From assembly GCA_951406725.2 (NCBI GenBank), contig OX597823.1, forward strand, positions 39,122,001 through 39,186,000: a stretch of DNA of 64,000 bases, read 5' to 3'. The stretch is from Octopus vulgaris (taxonomy: Eukaryota). Shown piece by piece: positions 14,401 through 27,805 of this stretch. The translations under genes were made by a program, and so were the position numbers. A model generated the notes under the pieces. It was not told the origin of the DNA. It worked only from the letters and a program-made list of their open reading frames with translations, and made no database searches. Each line of letters starts with the position of its first letter. Positions within the stretch are counted from its first letter, which is position 1.

Positions 14401-14431
14401 TATTGATCCATTTTTGTTGCTTTTTTCTTAT

Positions 14432-14479
<48 letters not shown>

Positions 14480-14587
14480 TGTTTGTTTTTATGTTGTTAT
14501 AATAAAGACAGTTTTACATTAGTCTGATGGGTTACTGTATGCTTTTGTAGAGTGCAAATTTATTATTCTTATACAAGAATTTTGTTG

Positions 14588-14632
14588 ACAGTTACTTCAA
14601 AGTTTCATTCAGTTAAGCCATCATCAGACTAT
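14588..14632 (-). ncRNA. Degenerate type I hammerhead motif
   Basis: AUAGU-CUGAUGA-(14 nt, poor stem II)-GAAA-CUUUGAAG-UA-ACUGU. Confidence 0.5.
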
Positions 14633-14647
14633 TCTGTTCTTACACGA

Positions 14648-14784
14648 GGCACAGGAGTGGCTGTGTGGTAAGTAGCTTGTTTACCAACCACATGGTTCCG
14701 GGTTCAGTCCCACTGCGTGGCACCTTGGGCAAGTGTCTTCTACTATAGCCTCGGGCTGACGGAAACTGAAAGAAGCCCGTCGTA

Positions 14785-14827
<43 letters not shown>

Positions 14828-15030
14828 TTGTGTGTCTGTGTTTGTCCCCCTAGCATTGCTTGACAACAGATGCTGGTGTGTTTATGTCTCCGTTACTTAG
14901 CGGTTCGGCAAAAGAGACCGATAGAATAAGTACTGGGCTTACAAAAGAATAAGTCCTGGGGTCGAGTTGCTCGATTAAAGGTGGTGCTCCAGCATGGCCG
15001 CAGTCAAATGACTGAAACAAGTAAAAAAGT
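14648..15030 (+). mobile_element. Second tRNA-derived SINE family
   Basis: gtggctgtgtggtaag A-box-like, ggttcagtccc B-box-like, ccttgggcaag; internal TA/TG microsatellite. Confidence 0.7.
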
Positions 15031-15039
15031 GAAAGAGAG

Positions 15040-16080
15040 TGCTTTTGTAACATTAACTGAAAAACAGGAAAAAAATGCAGCGTCAACCAATACATTTCTC
15101 TATGAAAAACATACCAATACCCACAAAAAAAGTTACCTGAAAACTCTACAACACAAAGACAGAAAACTTTATAAAAGTACTCAGGTGGAAAATTTACCAT
15201 TATGAAAAAGACCAAAAAGAGAAACAGCGAACCAACAAATATGGATTTAAGGCAGTCAAATGTCAGCCTCCCAGCTCATTTGAAGATGACTTATTTGCAC
15301 TGACTATGCAAATAAAATTCACCAAACAAACCAATAAATTGTAGAAAGAATTGAAACAGAAAATCAACCACAACAAAAAAACCCCCCAAAAAACAAAAAA
15401 ACAAACAAACCCAACTCTATTTGTAAAATTGGACAAGACAAACAACTTCTACCAGATAAGTAGAATCTCTTATACCTGCATTCTTTGTAACATAATCTCC
15501 AACACATACAAAAAACAACAACAATAAAATAAACACCACAGCCAAAGAAATATCAAAATATCCACTAAACTTAAAATAGACATTAACACCAAAATGCTCA
15601 TATATAATGATGAAAGACTGCAAACCAAACTTCAATAGCAACCTATCCATCAGACATAAGCACAATTAGTAAAAAAAATCCTAAACAAAAATGGAAGCCA
15701 CTTCTTCCAGTTCAACTTAAAAGACTATTAAGCGTTAAAAACAAAACCTTTCATTATAGCTGCTTTGAACTTCACAATAAACACCAAAATAGAAACAATA
15801 CTGCAAGCAAGAAAATTGCTCCTCTTCCACAACAATGCTTGCTGGATTAAGAAAAACATTAAAGAACCACTTGATGTAAGCATGGGCTCAAAGGACTCAG
15901 CAGAGATAAGTGACACCATGGATCTTGAGATGTTAGAAAAATTATGCAAAAATTTCCATACATCTCAGGTGGTCTATTGAGGGATTATTGATTACTCCTA
16001 CTAAGAAAATTCAACCCACAAAAAACTGATAAATCTACATCACCTCTTCAAAACATTGGGTTTCTCAATCACAGTAGAAA
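15040..16080 (+). mobile_element. Decayed Penelope-like retroelement RT region
   Basis: Ordered frameshifted motifs MKNIPIP, NKYGFK, FEDDLF, DKTNNFY, MKDCKPNF, ARKLLLFHNNACWIKK, DVSMGSKDSAEI, as recalled for Penelope-like RTs of marine invertebrates. Confidence 0.75.
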
Positions 16081-16142
16081 CACAAAATCCAGGTCATGTG
16101 CCTATAGTAGAAAGGATTATTATGATTATAATTATTATTGTT

Positions 16143-16211
<69 letters not shown>

Positions 16212-17212
16212 GAGATTATTATTATTATTATTAAATTATATCATATTTTCATTTTCCTTTTCATACATGAATATATATAGATATTGATAAATAATATTTA
16301 TTTCTCACCAGATGGAGTATTTTTTGGTGAACTTACCATCATGGAACAGTACATTATATATATATTTGTATATATCCACACACCCTCTATATCAGCCCCA
16401 CTTTAGCAACTATCTGTAATAGAATTGGATGAAATTTTATAAACAAACACCAAAGAAACTCTATCTCCAGAAAGCAGGAAGTTTAAAATATCTATATATC
16501 AATTAGATTGCTTATAGAACAATGAACACCTGGAGAGAGAAACATAAGCATACAACCTCTACACAAATACTTTTATGAAAACCAAAGCACAAGAGAAACA
16601 ATTGTCTATACTAAAATAGCCATGACAAGCCTGACCCTAACAGATGAAAACAATAAATACCTTATATAACTACAAATAAAAATATGACCAACCTAAACTC
16701 ACCACATACCTACATTCTTTTGCGAATAATAGTTGACATACTCAATTACTTAGTGATTAAATACTGGACTTTTGTACCTTTGACTTTTGTACCTTTGATC
16801 TTTGACCAAAGCAAAAGGATTAAATCCAATAATACCAAAAGCAACAAAAATACTGTCAAGCCTTGTGCCTACCTAACAAAAGAGAAACACCAAAGTTCTA
16901 CATGCATGAATAAATTCTAAAGGAATATATAACTAACTCCAATTCATCACAGGGATTCAAGGGGCCACAGTTATTTTATGCCTTGCCAAAACAGCTGAGG
17001 GATCTTCATGAGTATGAGTAGATGTTTTCAAGACACAATTTGATTTCCTGAACCTATATCACAGTAAGAAACTCAAAAGAGGGCAAAAGTGTTGAACTCC
17101 CTCCTTCATCAAAAGCCAATCACATAAGAATGGCCATTGAAAAGGTTATTACACTGGCAGTGCTCCAGCATGGCCACAGCCTTTGGGTTGAAACATATAA
17201 TAAAAGAATATG

Positions 17213-17249
<37 letters not shown>

Positions 17250-18684
17250 TGTATTGAGGTGTGAGGTCAACACTGTTAAACAATGAATAATTAAACCAAA
17301 TATAGGCAAACTGAATACTCAAATTTGTAAAGAATTTAAAAAAAAATTTAAATTAGACAGTAGTAGTAGCCACAGCAGCAACAGCAAGAACAACACCAAA
17401 GAATGTAAAATAGTCACATAGGATAATTAATTACATAGGGCAAGTTACCTGGTTTCCATAGCATATTAATGACTGAGATTACAACATCCTTCTTGAATGG
17501 GATGTCAAACTGTTCCAAGGTTACTCATTTACAGCTGAGAGGTGTGGAGTAATGTGAAATGAAGTGTTTTGCTCAAGATCATATTGCACTGCTTGTGTCA
17601 AGAACTGAAACCATGAGCTTGCAATTATGAGTGCAACAGACTAACCACTACACCAAGACATATCCAGGTATATATATTTTTTATTGCTCTGTCACCAGTT
17701 ACATGGTTGGCTATCAATACAAATGAATAGATAATGAAACTGAACTATTGGGAAATATTAATTTTCTCCTATAAATTTACATATTGATTTTTTTTCTGTA
17801 GATTTGAAAAGCTGATTGTGGTTTTCACCCAAAATAAAATAATACAAAAATCAATGAGGGACAGATACCCAGTTGCTCAACCTGCTAGAGATCGCAACCA
17901 AATCTCCTTGAAATCACACTCTACTGTTTTAAAATTTGAAGGACACATTAAGCAATCTAGTTATCAATACTTTTTGGTTTTATTTGTTGAGTTAGGAGGA
18001 ATGGGCAGCTTCCACGACTTTTGTAGGTCCTCCAAGAGTGGAGAGGTTGATACTGCTCATGTCACACTTAAAATCTTGAAGGTTAATCTGTGTGAAAGAT
18101 ATGAGCAGAGAGAAGATTAGAGAGGTCCCATGTTCAGGGACTGAAGGACTAGCAATAGGGGTTAGTGTGGGAAATGAGAGTGGGGTTGCAGAGATGAGTG
18201 GGGGAAGGGTGCCTTATTAGTGGATGTACATGTCCATCTAGCTCTAAGGAACAGAGGTCATAATAATAGTGATAGAAAAGATGGAGAGAGTGGAGGTAAC
18301 ATACCTTTGGGCCAGCAATTAGAATGTGTCCAGTAGTGATTTAATGCCAATCAGTCAAGGACTCTTCTCTTGAAGTGGTCCAGGATATCAGTGTGTGTGT
18401 AACAGCGACACTATTCCAGCGGTGGGGGCGTTAAAGCTACAGTATGAGCCTGACTTGAGCTTTGTAGGGAGTCAGTAATTGCTGACAAAAGATGGGATAG
18501 TCATGGCTGGAATTCCTTTGATTATTGGTCAACTCAGTCAGAGATAATTTGGGGTTAAACAACAGCAACAACAACAACAAATGCAACAAAGATCAAACAT
18601 GGACATCATATAATACAAAGGACATACTCATCACCAGACATTTCTCATCCTTCAACATTCTCTGATGCCCTGATTTATATGACA

Positions 18685-18728
<44 letters not shown>

Positions 18729-18732
18729 TTCT

Positions 18733-19200
18733 GAGTGAGAGAGCAGTGCATGCCATCAAAGTGACATGGGTACAAAATATATGATGCCCATTATACCCGT
18801 CATGACTGCTCACCTGATAAGGGCACAGCAGACACATGCATCACAACCATGAGTATGTGACATGGTGATCTCATATGAAGATAAATAGTGCATGACCTTA
18901 CAGGTGGTGCCCAGTTAGAATTTTCTTCAGGTTGAGTAGCCCATCCTGCTCAAAAAGGTTCCTGAATAAGGTTTGTTTAAGGATGATGAACAAAACACCC
19001 ATGTTTCTGGAAATGAATTATCCATATCCTTAAAAAAAAATTCCTCACAACACATGGAACTGGTCAAGGTCAAGCAACTGTCAAGCAAATCTGTAGAATT
19101 GAGCAGAATATTTGTTGTAGCTTTTACACCAAGACAAAAAACATGTACATGATAACACTTCCAATCAGTTCAGGTCAGAAGCCATGACAACTGTGCATCG
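18733..19200. repeat. Unclassified interspersed repeat associated with (TTA)n; other copies at 1-360 plus 1030-1190, 1730-1980 and 40930-41030 (inverted)
   Basis: Shared gtgcatgcca...cccagttagaatttt...ttgagcagaatatttg...cagaagccatga. Confidence 0.7.
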
Positions 19201-19227
19201 GGGCATTTATTATTATCATTATTATTC

Positions 19228-21210
19228 AGTAGTTTTATTTCTATAGTGTGTTTTCACTTCACTACTTACTGCAGCCATGTGTGTTTTGGGTATGTGCTGT
19301 GGTTTGCTGTGATGCTCTTATGGTTACTGTATTGAAAGTGTTTTGTGTAGGATGTGTGCAGTGCCTAGTAATGCAATTTTCTGTATGTTACATGTATTTG
19401 TAAGTCCTGGTGTTTTTGTTATGTATTTGTCTGAACATTTTTTTTATCATACCTAATGTGCCTACTATGATAGGAATTGTTTCTGTTTTTAGATTCCACA
19501 TTCTGGTTACCTCTATTTCCAGGTCTTTGTATTTTGAAAGTTTCTCCATTTCTTTTAGAGACACGTTGTCATCTGCTGGTATTGATTTATCAATTAGAAA
19601 GCATTTTTTTCCTTCATAATCTTTGACAACTATATCTAGTCTGTTGGCCTTAATTTCTCTATCTGTGTGTATTGGCATATCCCAGAGTATGGTTGCTTTC
19701 TCGTTTTCTGTGACCTTTTCTGGAGTGTGCCTATATAATCTTTTTCTGTTGTTCCATAGTGTTGGCACAGCTTCCAGTTTATGTAGGTCCCAACACTGTC
19801 ATGTCTGTGAATATATTCCTTCTTATCCAGGACTGGGCAGCCAGAGATAATATGATTTATTGTTTCTTGTCCATCCCCACATATTCTGCAGTTACTTGTT
19901 ATGGTTATTTTCATTATATGTTTTTGGTAATTTCTGGAGGTGAGGCTTTGGTCTTGTGCTACAATTAAAAATTCTTCAGTCTCTGCTTTGAGTCCTGAGC
20001 TTCTCAACCATTGCTGGGATTTTTCTGTGTCTATTTCTTTTGCATTTAGTTTAGCTCGGTATTTGTCATGAAGGGACTTTTCTTGCTATCGTTTTATCAT
20101 GGTCAGTTGCCGTTCTAGTTTTAGTTTGGATTTCATTTGTTTTATAGCTTTTGTTGTTTCTTCTTCTTCATATTTGTTAGGTAGTATTTCTTGTTTGTAT
20201 TTGTCAGCTTCCTTAAATACTGAAAACAGATTTTTGTTTTGCTTGTGTTTTGTGGCTATTTGTATTAGTTTTCCTCGCTTCTGAAGTAGGTATTTCTGCA
20301 GTCCTATGGTGGTTATTTTATAATAGTTTTCCAGCTGTATAAGGCCTCTACCACCTTCTATACGTTGTATATATAGCCTTTCTATGTCAGATTTTGGGTG
20401 GTGCATCCTAGATCCTGTCATTATTTTTCTTGTTTTCCTGTCTAGTTTGGTTAGCCCATTTAGTATCCAGTTGAGGATATTATAGCTGTAACTTATAACA
20501 GGGACGGCTAAAGTGTTAGTACCTATTATCTTGTTTTTAGCATTGAGCGCTATTTTCAGTATTGATCTAATTTGTCTATAGTATTCTTTCTTTATTTTCT
20601 TTTTCATTTGTGTGTGCTGTATCATATCTAGTTCATTGATTCCTAGATATTTATATGTCTGGCTCTGGTCTAATTCTCCTATTTCATTGGTTTTATCTAG
20701 TGTGATGTTGCTACTCTTAACTAGTTTTCCTCTTTTCAGGGTTGCTTTGGCACATTTTTCTAATCCAAATTTCATATCCATTTCTTTGGTAAACCTATGT
20801 ACTGTCTGTAGTAGTGCTTCCAACTGTTTATCATTTGTAGTGTATAGTTTTAGGTCATTCATATATAAAAGGTGGCTGATTGTTTTACTGCAACATTTGT
20901 ATCCACATCCAGTTCTGTTTAGCATGTCAGATAAAGGTGTCAGTGCCAAACAGAAAAGGAGTGGAGAGAGCATGTCTCCCTGGAATATTCCTCTTCTAAT
21001 GGGGATGGCTTTGGTTTTCACGAGTCCCTCTTTTGTTTGGAGCTGTAGCACTGTCTGCCATTTATTCATAGAGTGTCTTATATATTTTATAATTATTGGT
21101 GCTACCTTGTTGATTGCTAGTGTTTCAAGGATCCACATGTGAGGAATACTATCAAAAGCCTTTCAGTAGTTGATCCAGGCCATACAGAGACCTTTCCTCT
21201 TTCTGTAGCT
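19228..21210 (-). mobile_element. R4/Dong-type non-LTR element (RT, CCHC finger, restriction-like endonuclease) between (TAA)n tracts
   Basis: RRGIFQGDMLSPLLF, SHLLYMNDLKLY, CRICG...ETINHIISGC, RHD, ANRLDIVV...EKLSKY; TTA repeats on both flanks. Confidence 0.85.
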
Positions 21211-21864
21211 TATTATTATTGTTGTTGTTGTTGTTATTATTATTATTATTTAGATACTGTCAGAAAGGAAACATAATTCCTTGTAAAAAAACCTGACTTG
21301 TTAATGTTTCAGTTTAAGCCAGCCTGATCAAAAGTGGTCCATTCATGACTTCCCCATCTTGTGCTTGTAGGTCTAGTGTAATGTATGACTACATTATCCA
21401 GTGGATCCTTCCCTAAAATGGTAGGGTGTGCTTTAGGGAAGATTCAGGGCTGGTTGTCAGGTAATGAGACAGATTTGTTAAAATTGAGCCCCATGCCAAG
21501 AGAGGGCCCCAAACACATTTGAGCACAGGTCACTGATGAATTTTTAGAAGGTCCTTGTGGCTGATGATGGAACATCAATGCTTTTTAGCTGGGACTGGCA
21601 TACTACATGAAGCATGAAACAATCTTCAGCTGTTGTAGAATAGAGGGCCCCATTAACAATTCTCTAATTGGGACCCACACTTTCTAATGCTGGCCCTACT
21701 TCTACTGAGTCAGGACACCCTGTTCAACTCTTCTTTGAGAAAATTCATTGCTTCTAGCTGACGCTAGGTTGTTTCTTTTAGATTAACAATTCCTTTGGGA
21801 AAGGCATAAATACATCTTCATTGATGTTCAAGATGTCTAATTATGCAAAATAGAATTGTTATGA

Positions 21865-22432
<568 letters not shown>

Positions 22433-22850
22433 TTTATGAGCCCTAATAATCGCTAGTGCACTTTGTTAAACTTGCTTTAGACTTTTCGTGTCTCAAAGGT
22501 TTCAAGTTCAATTCCAGCATGCACCACTATAGATTGATGATTTTGTATGAGAAAGAAACGAACAAGTTAATTAGTATTAATTAACAACACTTTTATTACT
22601 TTAAGTTAAACTACAAACAGAACTGTCAGAAATTCTATAAAACAATGTTGGAAAAAAGAAGATATAGTCAAAGAATACAGGGATAGACTTTGTTTTTGAT
22701 TTTTTTACAAGAGATTATAAACAGTTATTTGTTTTATTTTTTATTTATAATTTCATGGAAAAAGAAAATTCAGTTTCTGACCCTGAATACTTTGTTATTT
22801 TGTTACCACCCAATTTAAAGCTTCATGAATCAGAGTCAAAATTCTTTTCC

Positions 22851-22887
<37 letters not shown>

Positions 22888-23364
22888 TAAGAAGGTAAGG
22901 GGAAAACTCATATCCTGGGTAGAAGTCAAATCTACATCAGATTAACAGTCATCATAGTCTTATGCCTTGCCTGTTTCCCAAGCTTGTAATTTTTTCAAAA
23001 TTTGATCAGATGTATGATAAAATCACAACTTGGTCATCACATCTCATTTCAAGTCTTTTGATTTATTTCTTATCTATTTAGTCTTTAAAACTAATTCTTC
23101 GAAATAGGTGTTTCCAGTTCTTAATATTAATGTTATAAAACTGTGACAATAAGTCGCCATTAGAATAAGTTTTTCATTAAACATAGCAGAAATTTTCTGT
23201 GAACTGGTCTACTGTCACTATTGTCAGGTTTCAAAAAAAAAAAAGGTTTTCTAGTCTTCCAGAATAAAATAAAAATCCCGGATTCTCCCTACCCCACTTC
23301 TTTATTGGATAATTTAAGAACTAATGGAAAGAATTGATATAAGCATAAAGTAATTGTTTCTAAT

Positions 23365-24590
23365 TTAGGCACAAAGCCAGCAATTTTGAGGGGAGAAGCT
23401 TGTTGATTGTAGTGACACCAGTATTTGACATTATTTTATCAGCCCCACAAGGATGAAAAGCAAAGTTGACATCAGCAGGATTTGAACTCAGAATGAAAAC
23501 TGCCAGAACAAATATTGCATGCCAACGTGCTACATTAATAATAATAATAATGATAATAATGATGGTTTCAAATTTTGGCACAAGGCCAACAATTTCGGGG
23601 GCAGGTCTACATTGATTAGATCAACCCCAGTGCTCAACTGGTACTTAGTTTATCGTCCCCAGTGGCATTTGAACCCAGAACATAATGATGGGCAAAATAC
23701 TACTATGGGGGAGGGGACTAATTGATTACATCGACCCCAGTGTTTCAATGGTACTTAATTTATTGACCCTGAAAGGATGAAAGGCAAAAATCAACTTGGT
23801 GGAATTTGAACTGAGAACATAAAGATGGGCAAAATACCGCTAAGCCTTTTGCCTGGATTGCTAACAATTCTTCCAGCTTGCCACCTTAATAATAATAATA
23901 ATAATCATCATCCTTTCTACTAAAGGTATAAACCCAGAAATTTTTTTTGTGGGTAGGGGACCAGTCAATTATGTTGACCTCAGTGTTTGTATCACAGTTA
24001 CTTAATTTATCAACTCTGAAAGGATGAAAGGCAAAGTTGACTTTGGCAGAATTTGAACTCAGAACGTTTAGACGGAAGAAATACCGCCAAGTATTTTGTC
24101 TGGTGCAATAATGATTCTGTCAGCTTGCCACCTTAATAATAAGAATCCTTTCTACTATAGGCACAAGGCCTGAAATTTGGGAGGAGGGGTTAAGCCGATT
24201 ACATTGACTCCAGTACGCAACTGGTACTTAATTTATCGACCCTAAAAGGATGAAAGGCAAAGTCGATCTCATGAATTTGAACTCAGAACATAGTGACAGA
24301 CGAAATATTGCTATGTATTTCGCCCGGCGTGCTAATGATTCTGCCAGCTCGCCACCTTAGTATAATAATAATCCTTTCTACTGAAGGTACAAGACCTTGA
24401 AATTTTGGAGGAGGGACTAGTCTCTTACATAAAGCTCAGTGTTTCACTGGTACTTAATTTATCGACCCCAATAGGATGAAAGGCAAAGTCCACCTCGGCG
24501 GAATTTGAACTCTGAACGTAGCGACGGGTGAAATACTTCTAAGCATTTCGTCCAGCGTGCTAACGATTCTGCCAACTCATCGCCTTAATG
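23365..24590 (-). mobile_element. Head-to-tail cluster of about 6 tRNA-derived SINE copies (Nin-like central domain)
   Basis: Repeated gagttcaaattc B-box and gcctttcatcctttcggggtcgataaattaagtaccag, separated by (AAT)n. Confidence 0.85.
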
Positions 24591-25529
24591 ATAATAACAA
24601 TAATAAATAGAAATGTTTTTAAAATTCTAAAGAGTATTGTCCCCTATTACAAAATTTCTGCTTTAGATTTTTTTAGAGGTTACGTTTCTCCCATAAATTG
24701 GTTCTAGAAAGACTAATAGACAGAATCATCGACTGCAACTTACTGATATGAATAAGGCCCTTGAAAGTTAGTAACACTTTTCTGGGATACTACAAGAATC
24801 ACAATTGGAGCTGATGATAACATAAAATAAATATTCGTCGATGAACTATAAATATCTTTTACATTTAAATAATAGAAAATATTCACAAGACGTAGAAAAT
24901 CGTGATAATGAAAATATATTGATGAGTTAGTTCCCTTAGATAGCACGGGTTATTTCCCTTGAAATTTCGAGTTTCCTGAATTATTCTCGTTCTATATCTT
25001 CTAAAAATATTAATTTTGGCTTCAATTGAAGAACATTTGGGTAGAAGAAATGGAAGATTGTTGACAGTGAAACGATGAGAATCTTTGCAATTTTCTTTAA
25101 TAAGAAACTGTTGTAAAAATAAATTAATTACAAATATGTCAAAAACTGCCCTTTTCATGGTTTTAAAAAAGAGGAAATCATGTGTGTGTATATATATATA
25201 TATATGTTTCCAGGTGATGTCCAATGGATATATATATATATGGAAGACTGCAAGTAACAATAAGTGACCATAAGCATGTATATCATGCTCTAGTTAATAA
25301 TTATTTTCGAGTAACATATACCACTCGACTTTCATTAAGTATAAAAGCAATGAAGACCGCCGTATAAACAGTCCTAGATACCAAGGTGAAAAATGTGGTA
25401 ATATCAGGTACTGAGCATGAGTACATATATATATATTGTGTGTGTGTGTAAAACAGGGAAAATAGTCTTTTGTAAGGCAGATGCACAGGTACAATAAACA
25501 CTAGAAATATACAGAAAATAGACTTCATC

Positions 25530-26420
25530 AAATGCCAGGGAAGATACCTAGAAGTAGTTGATAGCTTTCATAATCTAGATGACCAAGTCAGCAGTGGTGG
25601 GGGATGCTCTGAGAGCATAGTTGCTAGAGTAAGAATAGGTTGGGCAAAGTTCAGAGAGTTTCTACCTTTGTTGGCAACAAAAAGCCTCTTCCTCAGCGTG
25701 AAAGGCAGATTGCATTATGCCTGTGTGTGAAGAGAAATGCTACATGGCAGTGAAACAAGGGCTGTGATGGCAGAGGACATGCAAAAGCTTGAAAGAAACG
25801 AATCTAGTACACTCCATTAAATGTGCAATGTCAGTGTGAATCTACAGCTGAGTGTTAATGTTTCAAGAGAAAAATTGGGCATAAGAGGCCTCAGATATGG
25901 TGTGCAAGAGCAATGAGACCAACCCATATCTCCCAGATCTAGCATATGGCATCATTGCATCAATGAGAGATAGCTGAGAGGTTTGTTATGATTGTATGGT
26001 CATGTGATGCATAAGAATGAGGACAGCTGCATACAGAAGTGCTGATCTCTAACTGTGGGGGAACCTTAGAAGAGATAGACCCAGGAAGACATGAAATGAG
26101 GTGGTGAAGCATGATCTTTGAATGTGGGGTCTCATGGAGGCGATGACAAGTGATCATGTCCTTTGGTGATTTGCTGTGTTAGAGACTTGTCAAGCCAAGT
26201 GAAATCATAGTTGTGGTTGGTGCTGGTGACATGTAAAAGCACTCATACCAGTGACATGCAAAAAGGCACCCACTACACTCCTGGAGTGGTTGGTGTTAGG
26301 AAGAACATCCAGCTGTAGGAATCAAGCCAAAATCAGACTGGAACATGGTGCAGCTCTCTGGCATACCAGTTCCAGTCAAGCTGTCTAACCCATGCCAGCA
26401 TGGAAAGCAGGTGTTAAATA
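25530..26420 (+). mobile_element. RTE LINE 3' fragment, decayed
   Basis: Sequence similar to the 9134-10290 copy (DQVSSGGGC, WAKFRE) plus the 3' tail. Confidence 0.8.
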
Positions 26421-26423
26421 ATG

Positions 26424-26454
<31 letters not shown>

Positions 26455-27188
26455 TACGTTTGCATTTGTGTGAATGTGTTGCATACACATATAGAATGTA
26501 TACATACACAAAAAAATGTATGCATGTGTGTGTGTAGTGAAAGAGAGAGAAAGATACACAGAGGCTTAGGTGACACCTAATTATATATATTAGGTATATA
26601 TATATATTAGAGGCAGAGTAAGAACGTGTGTGGGAAAATTTAAGGGAGCTGTTATCTTTCCTGGTTATGAAAGGTTTCTCTTTGTGTTTAAAGAAGAGAT
26701 TGGCTGATGCTTTCAGATGAGGTTCGATGTTGTATGGTAATAAAACCTGGAAAATAAATGTGGGAGATGAGCAAAGGTTGGAAAGAAACAAGGCAAGCAT
26801 CCTTCCCTTGTAAAACAGCACAGATTAAGTTGACAAAATATACAGGTACACAAAAAATCTGCTGTTGTGTGCAAGAAAGAAGACTGTAAAGGCAGCATGG
26901 AGAAGAGACTGATGTGGAGGATAAGAATTGAGTAAAAAAAACTGTCAAGAAATCCAAATGAAAGAAATTTGTGGAAGAGGAATATCATGGAAGACATAGA
27001 TGTGTTGAAGGCTGGTCTGAAGAACTTAAAAGATCCTAAGAAATAGCAATATGCTGTGCTGTGTGTATGTGTACGCACACACGCATGCACACACACACAT
27101 ACACACATGAAATAATTTGTCTTTAAGAGTAGGACATGAAGTAGAAAAACTACAATTAATAGCATGTAAATACTGGGTTCTATATATA

Positions 27189-27222
<34 letters not shown>

Positions 27223-27434
27223 GATATATATATGTAAGTGCATGTATGCATGTATGTATGATGAATGGATTTGCTTGTTTTTTTATGACAATCTAAATAG
27301 AAAACTCAATATCTTTTGGATAAAATACTAAATATTTATTTAGATGAATGCTAGCAGTTGTTTATATATCTAAATGTGCATGAAATATGCAAATATATAT
27401 AAACTGTATAGGTGCTAGGGAGTTTGACTAACTT

Positions 27435-27624
27435 AGCTTACAACTGCTTCTGCTATAAGATGCAGTGGACTCATAGTTGAGTGCCTGTATAATACCTTAT
27501 AGCTTCATCAGAGCCTCAATTTTGAAGTACAATTTTACACTTTGGCTCCAATGAAGCTTTAAGATGTCACTCAGGCACTCAACTATGAGTTTACTGCATC
27601 TTATAGCAAAAAGAGCTGTAAGTT
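27435..27624. repeat. Imperfect inverted repeat (about 81-bp arms, 28-bp spacer) with decayed outward-facing hammerhead motifs
   Basis: Minus arm reads GGCU-CUGAUGA-AGCUAUAAG...CUUAUAGCA-GAAG-CAGUUG-UA-AGCU; plus arm is more decayed. Confidence 0.7.
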
Positions 27625-27774
27625 AATGAAGTTCATAAAATAATTGCTTATTCCTTTGTCATTTCATTTTCTTATTATCACTCTATACTTGTCTAACACT
27701 TTGTTCTGAAGCATATATATATTGGGCTCTACACCAGGTCATTAGTCTTGCAATGCCTAAGCAATATACACACA

Positions 27775-27805
<31 letters not shown>

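Larger units (their letters stand above)
14047..14429. repeat. Near-perfect palindrome (arms about 188 and 194 bp, 1-nt centre at 14235) carrying two outward-facing hammerhead motifs
   Basis: The left arm is the reverse complement of the right arm apart from a few small indels and substitutions. Confidence 0.95.

Noticed and set aside
21530-21580. Isolated CTGATGA heptamers (also near 34143, 62139, 62693)
   Set aside because: No downstream GAAA with flanking stems; expected by chance.
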